From the IMG/VR virus record IMGVR_UViG_3300027734_000039: 64,000 bases of DNA; one strand, given 5' to 3'. This document shows, in pieces, positions 1 through 9,187 of this stretch (position 1 is the stretch's first letter; every line of letters starts with the position of its first letter). The notes below the pieces were generated by a model. That model ran no database searches, was not told the DNA's origin, and saw only the letters and a program-made list of their open reading frames with translations. The translations under genes and the position numbers were made by a program. The DNA is from a virus.

Positions 1-1
1 A

Positions 2-547
2 TTCAGTACTTCTTTGGCTAATTCTACAGGGTTTAGAACATTAAACCAACTTTCTAGAATACAAACTTTTAGAATAGATCAAGTTAAGGCTCCTGGAATT
101 TCTTTACTTTCGGCTGACATCAATCGTTATGGCGTTGGTACATCAAATAAGCATCCTTTCAATGCGCAGTTTAATGAAATTACATTTTCTGTATTAAATG
201 ATGAACAAGCTGAAATTTGGCAATATTGGTATCAGTGGATAAAATCTATTTACGATTTTACAGGCTCCGAAGATAATGGGTTCGGAGAAATAAATGCTAT
301 GCCAACATTTACATCAGGTTACAAAGATCACTATCAAACTACGATTCAAATAGTTGTTTATAATTCGTATGGCGAAGTAGCACAAAGAATCAATTTGTAT
401 GAAGCTTTTCCTGTTGCTTTAAGAGAAGTACCTTTAGCTTGGGCTGATAATAACACCTTGATGAAGATTAACGTTTCTATCACTTATTCTCATTTCACAA
501 TGGTTAGTTCCGAATTAACTTTACCAGCTTCGATTTTCGTCGTTTAA
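2..547 (+). CDS. Tail tube-like / baseplate-tail tube initiator (gp54/gp19 fold), 5' partial
   Basis: Frame is open to the window edge. LYEAFPV..EVPLAW and INVSITY motifs are typical of the T4 tube family; lies directly upstream of gp26. Confidence 0.6.
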   Translation, partial: FSTSLANSTGFRTLNQLSRIQTFRIDQVKAPGISLLSADINRYGVGTSNKHPFNAQFNEITFSVLNDEQAEIWQYWYQWIKSIYDFTGSEDNGFGEINAMPTFTSGYKDHYQTTIQIVVYNSYGEVAQRINLYEAFPVALREVPLAWADNNTLMKINVSITYSHFTMVSSELTLPASIFVV

Positions 548-572
548 CGTATTTTTATAATGGAGATATTTT

Positions 573-1286
573 ATGTCAAATTTGCCAAAAATTGACTATC
601 CGATTTACAACTTTAAAGTACCATCTTTAGGAAACAACTATAAGTTTAGACCTTTCCTTGTTAAAGAAGAAAAACTACTTCTTATGGCAAAAGAAAGCGA
701 TAACCCTTCTGATATTTTGTCTGCTATTAAGCAAATTATCAATAACTGTATCATGGATACGAAACTTGATATTGATAGGCTTGCTATTTTTGATTTAGAA
801 TATCTTTTTTTGAAGTTAAGAGCGGTTTCTATCGATAATATTGCTAAAGTCGCTTATAAAGATTTTGAAGACGAAAAAATTTATGAGTTCGACGTTGATT
901 TAAATTCTATAGAAGTTGTTTTTCCGAAAAATATTGAAAATAACATAAAAATTACTGAAAAATCAGGTATCGTTATGAAGTATCCTTCGTCAACTTTATA
1001 TGATGACAAAGAGTTTTTAAATTCTGAAAAAGAATACATGTTCGAACTCATAATTCGTTGCATTGATAAGATATATTATGAGGATGAAATTTACGAATCA
1101 AGCAATTACTCTAAAAACGAACTTAGCGAATTTTTAGAAAACTTAAGCATGAAAGTTTTTGAAGATGTTCAAAAGTTTTTAGTAAATGTACCTAAAATTG
1201 AACATAAAATTCAGTATAAAAACTCTTTAGAAAACGATAGAGAAATAGTGTTGAGCTCGTTAAACGATTTTTTTACATGGCGCTGA
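573..1286 (+). CDS. gp26: Baseplate hub subunit gp26
   Basis: LPKIDYP..FRPFLVKEEKLLLMA, DLEYLFLKLRA and terminal LNDFF motifs. Confidence 0.9.
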   Translation: MSNLPKIDYPIYNFKVPSLGNNYKFRPFLVKEEKLLLMAKESDNPSDILSAIKQIINNCIMDTKLDIDRLAIFDLEYLFLKLRAVSIDNIAKVAYKDFEDEKIYEFDVDLNSIEVVFPKNIENNIKITEKSGIVMKYPSSTLYDDKEFLNSEKEYMFELIIRCIDKIYYEDEIYESSNYSKNELSEFLENLSMKVFEDVQKFLVNVPKIEHKIQYKNSLENDREIVLSSLNDFFTWR

Positions 1287-1456
1287 ACCATAATTCGTTG
1301 GAAAACTACTATACAACGATATTTTCTTTGGTTCAGCATCATAAATATTCAATTAGTGAATTGGAAAATTTGATCCCTTTCGAAAGAGATCTTTATACAG
1401 AAATGTTAATGAATTACCTTAAAAAATTAGAAGAAAAACAAAACAAAAGTGGTTAA
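1277..1456 (+). CDS. gp51: Baseplate hub assembly catalyst gp51-like (59 aa, not in ORF track)
   Basis: Manual translation MALNHNSLENYYTTIFSLVQHHKYSISELENLIPFERDLYTEML...; overlaps the gp26 stop as in other T4-like phages. Confidence 0.85.
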   Translation: MALNHNSLENYYTTIFSLVQHHKYSISELENLIPFERDLYTEMLMNYLKKLEEKQNKSG

Positions 1457-1460
1457 TTAA

Positions 1461-3422
1461 ATGGCTGAAGTCCAAAACTCACTATTAAGTAGATTTTTAA
1501 CATCTATGAATAGATCGCATGGTGATTTTCGAAAAAGCGCCAACGATAATAATAGAGATATATCTAAAATAGTGAAAGATATATCTGGTGTTTTTTCTAG
1601 CCATAAATCTAGCTTTAACGAATTATCTTCCGCATTAAGCGAAGTTCAAAGTCATTCTGCTCAATCAGCTGCGAAAATAGATTCGACTAATGGATTATTA
1701 CAACAATCTATTAGCATACAAAATAGTATGCTTGCTGAATTAAGAAGCTTAACATCTTATTTGAAATCATCTAAAAGTGCTGGTGGTGCAAGCGGTCAAG
1801 ACAATACTGGTCTTTTGGATAAATTATTACCAGGAGCTGGATTAGGAAAATGGGCTAAAGGTTTAGCAGGGTTAACTCTTGGCGCTGGAGCGCTCGGTCT
1901 CGGTTATTTAAACAGCGACAAAAGCGGTGGCGCTGGCTATAATGTAGTTGGTGGAACTGAAGACCAAAAAGTAGATGCTGCTTTACAAACTATTAGAGGA
2001 AAGGAATCTGGCGGTAATTATGCAACAACCAGTTTCGCCGAAGGAAAAGGTTCTACTGCTTCTGGTGGTTATCAGTTTACAGATTCAACTTGGCAAGCTC
2101 AAGCTAAAAAAGCTGGTGTAGATATAGAACAATATAAAAGAGCAAAAGATGCTCCACCAGAAGTTCAAGATCAAGTAGCTAGGTTTTATGTTAAAGATAT
2201 TTTATCAAGAAATAACGGCGATGTATCTGCTATACCTAGAGAATGGTATACTGGCAATTCTGCAGGAAAGATGTCAGATAAAGCCATAGAGATAAATCGT
2301 GGTCTTACTCCAGAAAAATATACTCAAGATTGGATGCAAAAGTTTAGTCAAAATGCATCTGGTATGGGAATGACAGTTACAGGAGGTCAAACTTCAGGAA
2401 ACCAAGGTTCTGACCCGCATTCTCAAGGTGGAATTAAAGTTGGCGGAGAAGGTGCTGGTTCTCAAAATGGCATGACAACATTGAGATCGCCAAGTGGAGT
2501 CTCTTATACTGTTAATGAAAAATATGCTCAAAATTTTAAAGGATTCGTTGACGAACTAGAAGCTTCTGGGTATAAAATTAAATCAGTAAGTAGCTATAGA
2601 CCTGGATCGACGATAGCTGGTACAGGTCGACCAAGTTTCCATTCTCAGGGTATGGCTATTGATATCAACCCTAGCGAAAACCCACATACATTCCCTGGCC
2701 AACCAAATTATGGTAAAACTGATATGCCAGCTAATGTTGGCGCTATAGCAGCAAAATATGGATTAGGTTGGGGTGGTAATTGGCAAAGTAGCAAAGATAC
2801 GATGCATTTTTCCGCAGGGGCATCTGAAGGAGCCGAAGCTGGTGGTAAAATGGATCATTCTCATACAGCTAGTAGAGGCGGGATGGGAGAAGGTATGATG
2901 CCTGGTGTTATGGGCGTCGGTCCGATGGGAATGGGTATGGGTCCTATGGGTATGATGCCTGGTATGGGAATGCCTCAAATGGGTATGATGCCAATGGGTC
3001 GACCAATGGATAATCTTACTGGCGCAGGGATGATGCTTGGTGGCGCTTTTGGAGGCGGTCAAGGAGCTATGATCGGTGGGTTAGCAGGAATGGCTTTAGG
3101 AGCTATAGGAAGTATCTTTTCCCCTGACGAACGTTCTGGGGGAGAATATGCTAGAAGAGATCAAGAAGTTAATAGAAGAACAAATCAAATCAATGCTATA
3201 AATGAATCTGCCGAAGAAAGAGAAGCATTATCTCAAAGACAATTAAGAAATGCTTCTGAAAAAAGAAACGCTCGAGAACAGTCGGATGTTGTTAATAATC
3301 AATTTAACGTCGCTGGTCAACGTTCTGATTATAATTCTGATACAAATGCCAAGGCTTCGTGGTGGGCAGATTTATCTAGAGCTTTTCCTGAATTACAAAG
3401 CGCTGTCAAATTTAGTGCATAA
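1461..3422 (+). CDS. Virion-associated peptidoglycan hydrolase (lysozyme-like + M15 peptidase domains), gp29-position hub protein
   Basis: ESGGNY..ASGGYQF (lysozyme/transglycosylase-like); SFHSQGMAIDIN..WGGNW..DTMHF (M15 Zn peptidase); N-terminal coiled coil; Gly/Met-rich C-terminal part. Confidence 0.75.
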   Translation: MAEVQNSLLSRFLTSMNRSHGDFRKSANDNNRDISKIVKDISGVFSSHKSSFNELSSALSEVQSHSAQSAAKIDSTNGLLQQSISIQNSMLAELRSLTSYLKSSKSAGGASGQDNTGLLDKLLPGAGLGKWAKGLAGLTLGAGALGLGYLNSDKSGGAGYNVVGGTEDQKVDAALQTIRGKESGGNYATTSFAEGKGSTASGGYQFTDSTWQAQAKKAGVDIEQYKRAKDAPPEVQDQVARFYVKDILSRNNGDVSAIPREWYTGNSAGKMSDKAIEINRGLTPEKYTQDWMQKFSQNASGMGMTVTGGQTSGNQGSDPHSQGGIKVGGEGAGSQNGMTTLRSPSGVSYTVNEKYAQNFKGFVDELEASGYKIKSVSSYRPGSTIAGTGRPSFHSQGMAIDINPSENPHTFPGQPNYGKTDMPANVGAIAAKYGLGWGGNWQSSKDTMHFSAGASEGAEAGGKMDHSHTASRGGMGEGMMPGVMGVGPMGMGMGPMGMMPGMGMPQMGMMPMGRPMDNLTGAGMMLGGAFGGGQGAMIGGLAGMALGAIGSIFSPDERSGGEYARRDQEVNRRTNQINAINESAEEREALSQRQLRNASEKRNAREQSDVVNNQFNVAGQRSDYNSDTNAKASWWADLSRAFPELQSAVKFSA

Positions 3423-3448
3423 AAAAAGGGAGCCGAAGCTCCCTTTCT
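3421..3448. terminator. Bidirectional intrinsic terminator
   Basis: AAAAAAAGGGAGC-CGAA-GCTCCCTTT between convergent genes. Confidence 0.8.
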
Positions 3449-3452
3449 CATA

Positions 3453-4361
3453 TTAGCTAGCAGCGAGCTTTTTGAAAAACTCCAAAGACTCTTCATCTTC
3501 GTCTTCATCAGCAGCCGCATACTTAGGAGCAGCTGCAGCCTTTTGCTGCGGAGCTTCTTCAGTACGAGCCCAAGGAAGATCCTGTTCTTCAGCACGCTGA
3601 ATCTTTTCAGCGTTAGGATTTTCACCAAGAGCCTTATTGAGACGAGCCTTAAGTTCGTCGTAGCTCTTGAAGTTCTTAGGGTCAAGAAACTCCTGAAGAG
3701 AGTGTTCTGACTGCCAAACCTTTTCGAGCTGCTCGTCGTCAGCAAGAAGAGGCTTAGAAGCTTCGAACTCAGACTTATCATAATTACGATAGCCTTCAAC
3801 GTTACGAATCTTCAACTTGAAGTTAGCACCAGCCCAAAGATCAAAAGGATTGACTGCTTCTTCATCAGCGAACTGAGGATTCATTGCCTCGTTCAACTTA
3901 TCGAAAATCTTCTTTCCGTACTTGTAAAGGAAAACCTTACCTTCGTTAGCAGGGTTACCAGAATCGGAAACAACATAGATATTGCTGACGAAATGAAGGC
4001 GACGCTTCTGCTTACGAGCAATTTCCTTGTTAGCTTCAATGCCAGAGTTCCAAAGCTTTGAATTATATTCAGAAACTGGATCTTGCTTACCGATAGTGGT
4101 CAAAGAATTTTCGATATACCAACCACCTGTTCCTTGAAAACCATGGTCAAATATACGAACGAAAGGAACATCTTCATTTGGGGGAGCAGGAAGAAAACGG
4201 ATGACGGCGTAACCATTGCCAGCCTTATCAACCGTAGCAGTCCAGAAACGATCATCTGAACCCTTTGACTCTGTATTACCATTTACCTTGGTAAGTTCGG
4301 CAGTAAGAGCTTCGAGAGACTTCTTACCAGACATTGCCTTAAGCTTAGAAAAATCTACCAT
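3453..4361 (-). CDS. gp32: Single-stranded DNA-binding protein gp32
   Basis: DDRFW..DKAGNGYAVIRFLPAP, WYIENSLTT, GANFKLKIR and acidic tail. Confidence 0.97.
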   Translation of the reverse strand: MVDFSKLKAMSGKKSLEALTAELTKVNGNTESKGSDDRFWTATVDKAGNGYAVIRFLPAPPNEDVPFVRIFDHGFQGTGGWYIENSLTTIGKQDPVSEYNSKLWNSGIEANKEIARKQKRRLHFVSNIYVVSDSGNPANEGKVFLYKYGKKIFDKLNEAMNPQFADEEAVNPFDLWAGANFKLKIRNVEGYRNYDKSEFEASKPLLADDEQLEKVWQSEHSLQEFLDPKNFKSYDELKARLNKALGENPNAEKIQRAEEQDLPWARTEEAPQQKAAAAPKYAAADEDEDEESLEFFKKLAAS

Positions 4362-4439
4362 TTATATTCTCCGTATGTTTTGTATGACAGTGTATGACGT
4401 TGTATGATGAGCTCAATGCTCAACATTATTTAGTATACC

Positions 4440-5024
4440 CTATTCTTCAAAATAGTCAAGGACAATCTTTTTCAATTTATCCTTATCACAGTTGATGAAG
4501 GGAGAGTACTTCTCAACCTTGGTTTTAAGGTTATCCCAAACCAAGTCGTATTGCATCTTAGAATCCCAGTAACTTTTCGCACCAGAAAATTCGAGAAGCA
4601 AACAGAAAGTTTCTAAGCTGATTTGCTTACCTAGAAACAATTTCAAAAGAATCGGGTGTTCGTTATTCTTACAGATAAAGTTTTCATTGAAATTAGAATC
4701 TAATTGATTCAATTCGCTTTTGAAAACATAACTCAAACTCTGTTGGCGCTTGAGCCAATCCTTGTAAGTTTTTTCTGCAGTTTCGCTATACGCAAGTTCG
4801 CGGATCCAAGACTTTTCATTATCCGAAAGATTCGCGATAAGAAAGTTATGGACGTCTGGATGCTTGGCTAGTTTTTGAAAGAATAACTTATCTTTACGAA
4901 CTTCAAAGGAGGAAGGCTTTAACCTTGACTGTCCATTATATTTGAAGTAATCATAAGACGGTTTTGTAAAGTGGTTTTTAAGAGCCACGTACTCTTTGTA
5001 ACATTCAAAAGCTGACATACTCAT
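4440..5024 (-). CDS. gp59: Helicase loader gp59
   Basis: YVALKNHFT..YDYFKYNG..RKDKLFFQKL; adjacent to gp32. Confidence 0.9.
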   Translation of the reverse strand: MSMSAFECYKEYVALKNHFTKPSYDYFKYNGQSRLKPSSFEVRKDKLFFQKLAKHPDVHNFLIANLSDNEKSWIRELAYSETAEKTYKDWLKRQQSLSYVFKSELNQLDSNFNENFICKNNEHPILLKLFLGKQISLETFCLLLEFSGAKSYWDSKMQYDLVWDNLKTKVEKYSPFINCDKDKLKKIVLDYFEE

Positions 5025-5470
5025 TTCTTCATTTGTTCTACAAACCTAATATATAAACCTTTTTCGCGCCCATGCGCTTCTATTTCCCATGGATGATCCC
5101 AGTAATCAACTTCGTTAGGATCGATAATCTCACCCTTCCATTTACTCTTATGAACCTTTAAGTAATCTTTAAGTTCACCTTTAGCATATTGCTTGACATG
5201 AACCATCTCGTGGGCGAGGGCTAATAACATAGCCGACTTAGAAAGTTTCTTATCTATCGTTATTATAAAATCTCTAGAACGATGGTTTTCGAACTCCCAT
5301 TCGCAAAAAGCATATTCATTGCTATTCGCTTTAAACGTTTCGAAGTTAATCGTTATTTCTAGCTTGTGATAGAGGGTTTCGCCGAGCAGTTGACGACCAT
5401 AAAACTTAACTGCTTCTTTACACAGTTTTATTGGAACCTTTGATGGTTTACCTGACGCTCTGACGTACAT
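5021..5470 (-). CDS. HEXXH zinc metallopeptidase-like protein
   Basis: LAHEMVHVKQY and PWEIEA motifs; start placed at the ATG after GGAGG. Confidence 0.7.
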   Translation of the reverse strand: MYVRASGKPSKVPIKLCKEAVKFYGRQLLGETLYHKLEITINFETFKANSNEYAFCEWEFENHRSRDFIITIDKKLSKSAMLLALAHEMVHVKQYAKGELKDYLKVHKSKWKGEIIDPNEVDYWDHPWEIEAHGREKGLYIRFVEQMKK

Positions 5471-5501
5471 CGCAGCCCCTCCGCCCAATCTCCAATATTT
5501 A

Positions 5502-5717
5502 TTATAGAGGCAACCTTGCTCCACGCTTTAGGACATTTAAATTTTCAGCTTCAGCTTGAATTTTAGCCTTCATCGCTGGGTCCTTTTTAATCCAGTAAGC
5601 AGCGGATTCTACCTCTAAATTATTCTTTTCACACCAAATAACAACAGCGTCGATATAGTCAATATTTTTCGTTCTACAAAGCTTTTCTATTTCTTCAACG
5701 AAATTGTTGATGATCAT
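5502..5717 (-). CDS. gp33: Late transcription coactivator gp33
   Basis: FVEEIEKL..YIDAVVIWCE..KAKIQAEAENLNVLK; synteny with gp59/gp32. Confidence 0.9.
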   Translation of the reverse strand: MIINNFVEEIEKLCRTKNIDYIDAVVIWCEKNNLEVESAAYWIKKDPAMKAKIQAEAENLNVLKRGARLPL

Positions 5718-5929
5718 TTTTCATCCTCTATTTCTACTTCAACGCCTAAGAAGGCAACCCGAAAACCAAGATTGAAAAGCCGCCAATAAAAAACCGAACA
5801 TATTACAATACCGATAATAGTATACCAGTAAGTTGTACTTAACAATTGATATACGCCTATAAGGAAAAATTGAGAAATAACCATAAGAAGAATACCCATG
5901 GGGAGATCTGTAACAAATTCAGTTTTCAT
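5714..5929 (-). CDS. Small membrane protein
   Basis: Two hydrophobic segments; AGGAG ribosome-binding site (SD). Confidence 0.55.
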   Translation of the reverse strand: MKTEFVTDLPMGILLMVISQFFLIGVYQLLSTTYWYTIIGIVICSVFYWRLFNLGFRVAFLGVEVEIEDEK

Positions 5930-5944
5930 ATATGCTCCTTGAAA

Positions 5945-6036
5945 TGGTAGGGGATGCAGGATTCGAACCTGCTCGAGAACGCTAATCTGGCGCTAGAAGG
6001 TTTATAAATCCTCCCTGTGTACCAACACCATCCCCC
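5945..6036 (-). tRNA. Non-canonical tRNA-like RNA, UAU anticodon, long variable arm
   Basis: GGGGGAT(G)/(C)ATCCCCT-A-CCA acceptor; GTGT-TGGT-ACAC mini D-arm; TTTATAA loop; AGCGC/GCGTT V-arm; GGTTCGAATCC T-arm. Confidence 0.8.
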
Positions 6037-6041
6037 ATAAA

Positions 6042-6118
6042 TGGCGATCACTGATGGATTCGAACCATCGACCTACAGATTAGAAGTCTGTTGCTCTATC
6101 CAGCTGAGCTAAGTGACC
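6042..6118 (-). tRNA. tRNA-Arg(UCU)
   Basis: Canonical cloverleaf; ACAGA-CTTCTAA-TCTGT anticodon arm; encoded CCA. Confidence 0.95.
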
Positions 6119-6126
6119 ATTAGAAA

Positions 6127-6418
6127 GGGTGAGGGGATTCTGTTTCCAAGCTCCCCTCGAGCTCATGTTAGGCAGCTAGTGCCTGACGATATGCAACATT
6201 GTCGTTTGCATTTACGATTAGCTTTCGGTCTCCTCGCACCTTTACTACGCACGTCGATCCTATTTCGCCCCCATCAAAAGCACTCTGCCCTTTAACGTAT
6301 CTACAGGAACGTTGTGCGACCAATACGTCTCGCCGAACAACCAGAGTGCTTATGGTGGAGGCGGTGGGTACTGCCCCCACGTCCGAAACGTTTATTCCAT
6401 ACGCCTCAACGACCTAAG
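6127..6418 (-). ncRNA. ssrA: Circularly permuted two-piece tmRNA, tag ANDNVAYRQALAA*
   Basis: Acceptor piece ends ...CCGCCTCCACCA at 6353. An intervening hairpin follows, then the coding piece starts GGGGGCGAAATAGGATCGAC at 6272. Tag frame 6209-6168. Outer ends approximate. Confidence 0.92.
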
Positions 6419-6453
6419 CACAATATTTATAATACCCTACTATACCTTTAAAG

Positions 6454-7578
6454 TCAAGTTACAATCTTCAGTAGGATAGTGTTCTCGTTAATGCGATGAG
6501 CGAAAGTAGCTTCGTTCTTAAGATCGTCCATAAGTTTACGAAGAACGATCTTACCGCCATCAGAAACTCTCTTAACATACTCTTCTGGCTTGCGACCAGT
6601 TCGTTTGCTAACAGAGTTCTTTTCATCGTAACCGATAATACTCGTACCCTTTACCTGAAGACCGCCACGATCAAGAGCACGGAAAACAGTAAGGACTTTA
6701 TTCTTTGTATTGAACGTCCAAAGTTCCTGAGCACCGATAATTTTTTCTGGATTAACAGAAGCGATCTTGAAGGTGTTATCTTCTTTTTGGAACTTAAGAC
6801 CCTTCAACTTCTTTTCAACGGAAACTGCACGTGGCTTACGAGGAGTTCTAGTTTTCTTAGCTACGTTACCATAACGTTCGGAGTCTTCAATCAACTTACT
6901 AAAGAATTCCACTCGCTCACGAAGCTGTTTCTTTGTAAGACCCTTATACGCTTCTTTAAGTTGTTCGTCGGAACCTTCCAAAGCTTCGATAAGCTCGTCC
7001 AACCACGGAGCATATTTACTGACGATCATAGGAGCGTATAGGGCTGGCACTTCCTTTGCCTTGAGCCATTCATAAAGAGAAAACGTTTCGCCCCTATCGA
7101 TCAGCTCTTCAATATCGCCGATGATATCTTGGGCTTTCTCTTTAATACGATCTTGAATTGAAACTTTAGGAGTATCAACTTCTACGCTCTTATCTTCTTC
7201 CTTTGCCTTAGAAAGAGTTTCTTTAAGACGCTTTTCAAAATATGGTTTCGAGCTATCAGGAAGGTTATAGCCCTTCGACATCATCCTACAAACCCAAGCG
7301 GCAGTTGTAGGAATCCAAACGTCAGGAACCTTTTTAAATTTCTTATATTCGATTGTACGATTTGTATTCTTAAGATAAGTTTCGATATACTCGCGAGCAT
7401 CTGAATTGTCGCACATATAATTGTACCAATTCAAAGCACGTGCATAATCGCCTTCTGTAAGAGGCTTGGTGAAAACGGGCTCGTCGCCAAGATACTTCAA
7501 ATTAACAAGATACGCTTCGTTACGAGTAACGCGAGGCTTCTTTGTTTTTTTTGCAATAAGTCCAGGACGACGAGCCAT
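6454..7578 (-). CDS. Conserved hypothetical protein of T4-like phages
   Basis: 374-aa ORF in the operon direction; ALNWYNY, SVNPEKIIGAQELW and RINENTILL motifs. Confidence 0.7.
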   Translation of the reverse strand: MARRPGLIAKKTKKPRVTRNEAYLVNLKYLGDEPVFTKPLTEGDYARALNWYNYMCDNSDAREYIETYLKNTNRTIEYKKFKKVPDVWIPTTAAWVCRMMSKGYNLPDSSKPYFEKRLKETLSKAKEEDKSVEVDTPKVSIQDRIKEKAQDIIGDIEELIDRGETFSLYEWLKAKEVPALYAPMIVSKYAPWLDELIEALEGSDEQLKEAYKGLTKKQLRERVEFFSKLIEDSERYGNVAKKTRTPRKPRAVSVEKKLKGLKFQKEDNTFKIASVNPEKIIGAQELWTFNTKNKVLTVFRALDRGGLQVKGTSIIGYDEKNSVSKRTGRKPEEYVKRVSDGGKIVLRKLMDDLKNEATFAHRINENTILLKIVT

Positions 7579-7581
7579 GTA

Positions 7582-8136
7582 TCATTCACCTTCTGTGTTG
7601 TTATCCAAATTATCTAGATACAGTTCTACACAACGCTCGCGAACGTAACGATAAACAGTTTCTGCATCTTCACGACTATTGAGCTTGTCAATCATTTCGT
7701 AAAGACGAAGAAGCGAACCGTCAGTTCCTGCAGAAGCTTCTCGCCACTTAAAGCGATAGCCATACTGCTTTTCCATCGTTTCGTGCATCAACCGTTCTAG
7801 GGGCTGACGGTCTTCGGGGCTCGTAAAAAAATAACGGACCCAGATATCCGAGATATCAATATTGTTATGCTTGATATAATTACAAGCGTTGTGCTTGTTG
7901 ATCTTCAAGCAGTAGGTTCGACCGAAGATAGATTTACTTTCTCCGATATAACCAAGGTTGGCGAAGAGGATCTCTTCGGACTTATCAGCGGTCGTACAAA
8001 CCTGATATACACCAGAGTTGCCGTGCTCGTTTACAAGGTTTTCCATTCGCTTCGAAACTGGGTTATAGATGTCACTAAGACGAATCCATTCCAGTTTCGA
8101 AGTCAGGACTTTTTCGATATCCTTTTGGGAGATCAT
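7582..8136 (-). CDS. GIY-YIG-like protein
   Basis: SGVYQV...LGYIGES..GR and a downstream conserved E. Confidence 0.5.
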   Translation of the reverse strand: MISQKDIEKVLTSKLEWIRLSDIYNPVSKRMENLVNEHGNSGVYQVCTTADKSEEILFANLGYIGESKSIFGRTYCLKINKHNACNYIKHNNIDISDIWVRYFFTSPEDRQPLERLMHETMEKQYGYRFKWREASAGTDGSLLRLYEMIDKLNSREDAETVYRYVRERCVELYLDNLDNNTEGE

Positions 8137-9095
8137 TAGGCAGCTTCTGCCATTTCAACAGCGAGTTCAAGAGCCTTAGTCTTAACACCCTTGTTATAGC
8201 CGTACCAAGCAGAGGCAAGGCGAGTGTCAGCCGAACGACCAGCAAGGTGATCGGTCAGGTAAGTCACAGCGTTGAAGGGTTGCCACCAAGTACCTTCGGC
8301 ATAGGTAGCTCCTGGCTGAGTGTGAAGGATGTCGAGAGCCGTCTGAGCGGACTTCGAAATTTCCTTACGTTTGTTTTCGCTCGAGCCAGAAACAGGGAAG
8401 ATGCGGCAGAAGTACTCGACGATATCTTCGTCCTTAGCCTTCTTAGAGCCGAGGAACTGAGCCATTTCCTTATACTTATGCAGCTTGTCAGTTGCGATGC
8501 CGAGCATATCCTTAACATCAGAAGGATCGAAAACCTTACGATGAGAAATCTTAGCCATACGCTCGACCTTGCCGTTCAGCGAAAGAGTCAGCGTGTTATT
8601 GCAAACAACACGGATCGGCGTGAAGCGAACGTCGGTCGAGTGACCATACTTGTGAAAGTTCGAGAAGAGAAGATAGGAGTCGATCTGGTCGCCCTTAAAG
8701 AGTTCGAAGGATTCCTTGACCTTCGCAAGACCCCAAACGATCGTGCCTTCCTTGAGCGAGCCAGCGGTATGCATTTCCATATCACCAGCGGCGACAAACT
8801 CGTTGAAGAAGTCGAAAGCTTCTTCGTTCTGGACGGGATTCCAGTCATCCGAAACAACGTCAAGGATCTTGTTATCAAAGGAACGAACAAGAGCCGACTG
8901 ACCGACAGCGACGTTCTTACCACCGACCTTAGCATAGGCAGGGATCTTTTCGACCGTCCAGTTAAGACCAGCTGCATCGAGCATCTGAGTAGGAGTGAGG
9001 TCAGCAGGGACCGAGACGCCCAAACCATGCCAAGGAGTTTCCCCGACATACGCCATCTGGGCTTTACCATTCACCATTTCAATTTCATGAGCCAT
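8136..9095 (-). CDS. DUF932 / phage-plasmid TIGR03299-family protein
   Basis: MAYVGETPWHGLG, TPIRVVCNNTL and GTWWQPFNAVT motifs. Confidence 0.9.
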   Translation of the reverse strand: MAHEIEMVNGKAQMAYVGETPWHGLGVSVPADLTPTQMLDAAGLNWTVEKIPAYAKVGGKNVAVGQSALVRSFDNKILDVVSDDWNPVQNEEAFDFFNEFVAAGDMEMHTAGSLKEGTIVWGLAKVKESFELFKGDQIDSYLLFSNFHKYGHSTDVRFTPIRVVCNNTLTLSLNGKVERMAKISHRKVFDPSDVKDMLGIATDKLHKYKEMAQFLGSKKAKDEDIVEYFCRIFPVSGSSENKRKEISKSAQTALDILHTQPGATYAEGTWWQPFNAVTYLTDHLAGRSADTRLASAWYGYNKGVKTKALELAVEMAEAA

Positions 9096-9187
9096 AATAT
9101 CACCTATAGATTCGATAGCAGGGACCATTCCCTCAACTTATCATATACTTAGTATACGCTACTTTTATTTTAAAAACAAGTACTATT

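Noticed and set aside
6168-6380. 70-aa ORF ending ANDNVAYRQALAA
   Set aside because: It is the tmRNA tag reading frame extended upstream, not a protein gene.
8247-9152. Long antisense ORFs (also 6496-7041 and 15654-16430) and same-strand alternate frames such as 3329-3799
   Set aside because: They shadow well-supported genes, show no recognisable motifs, and are expected from codon bias.
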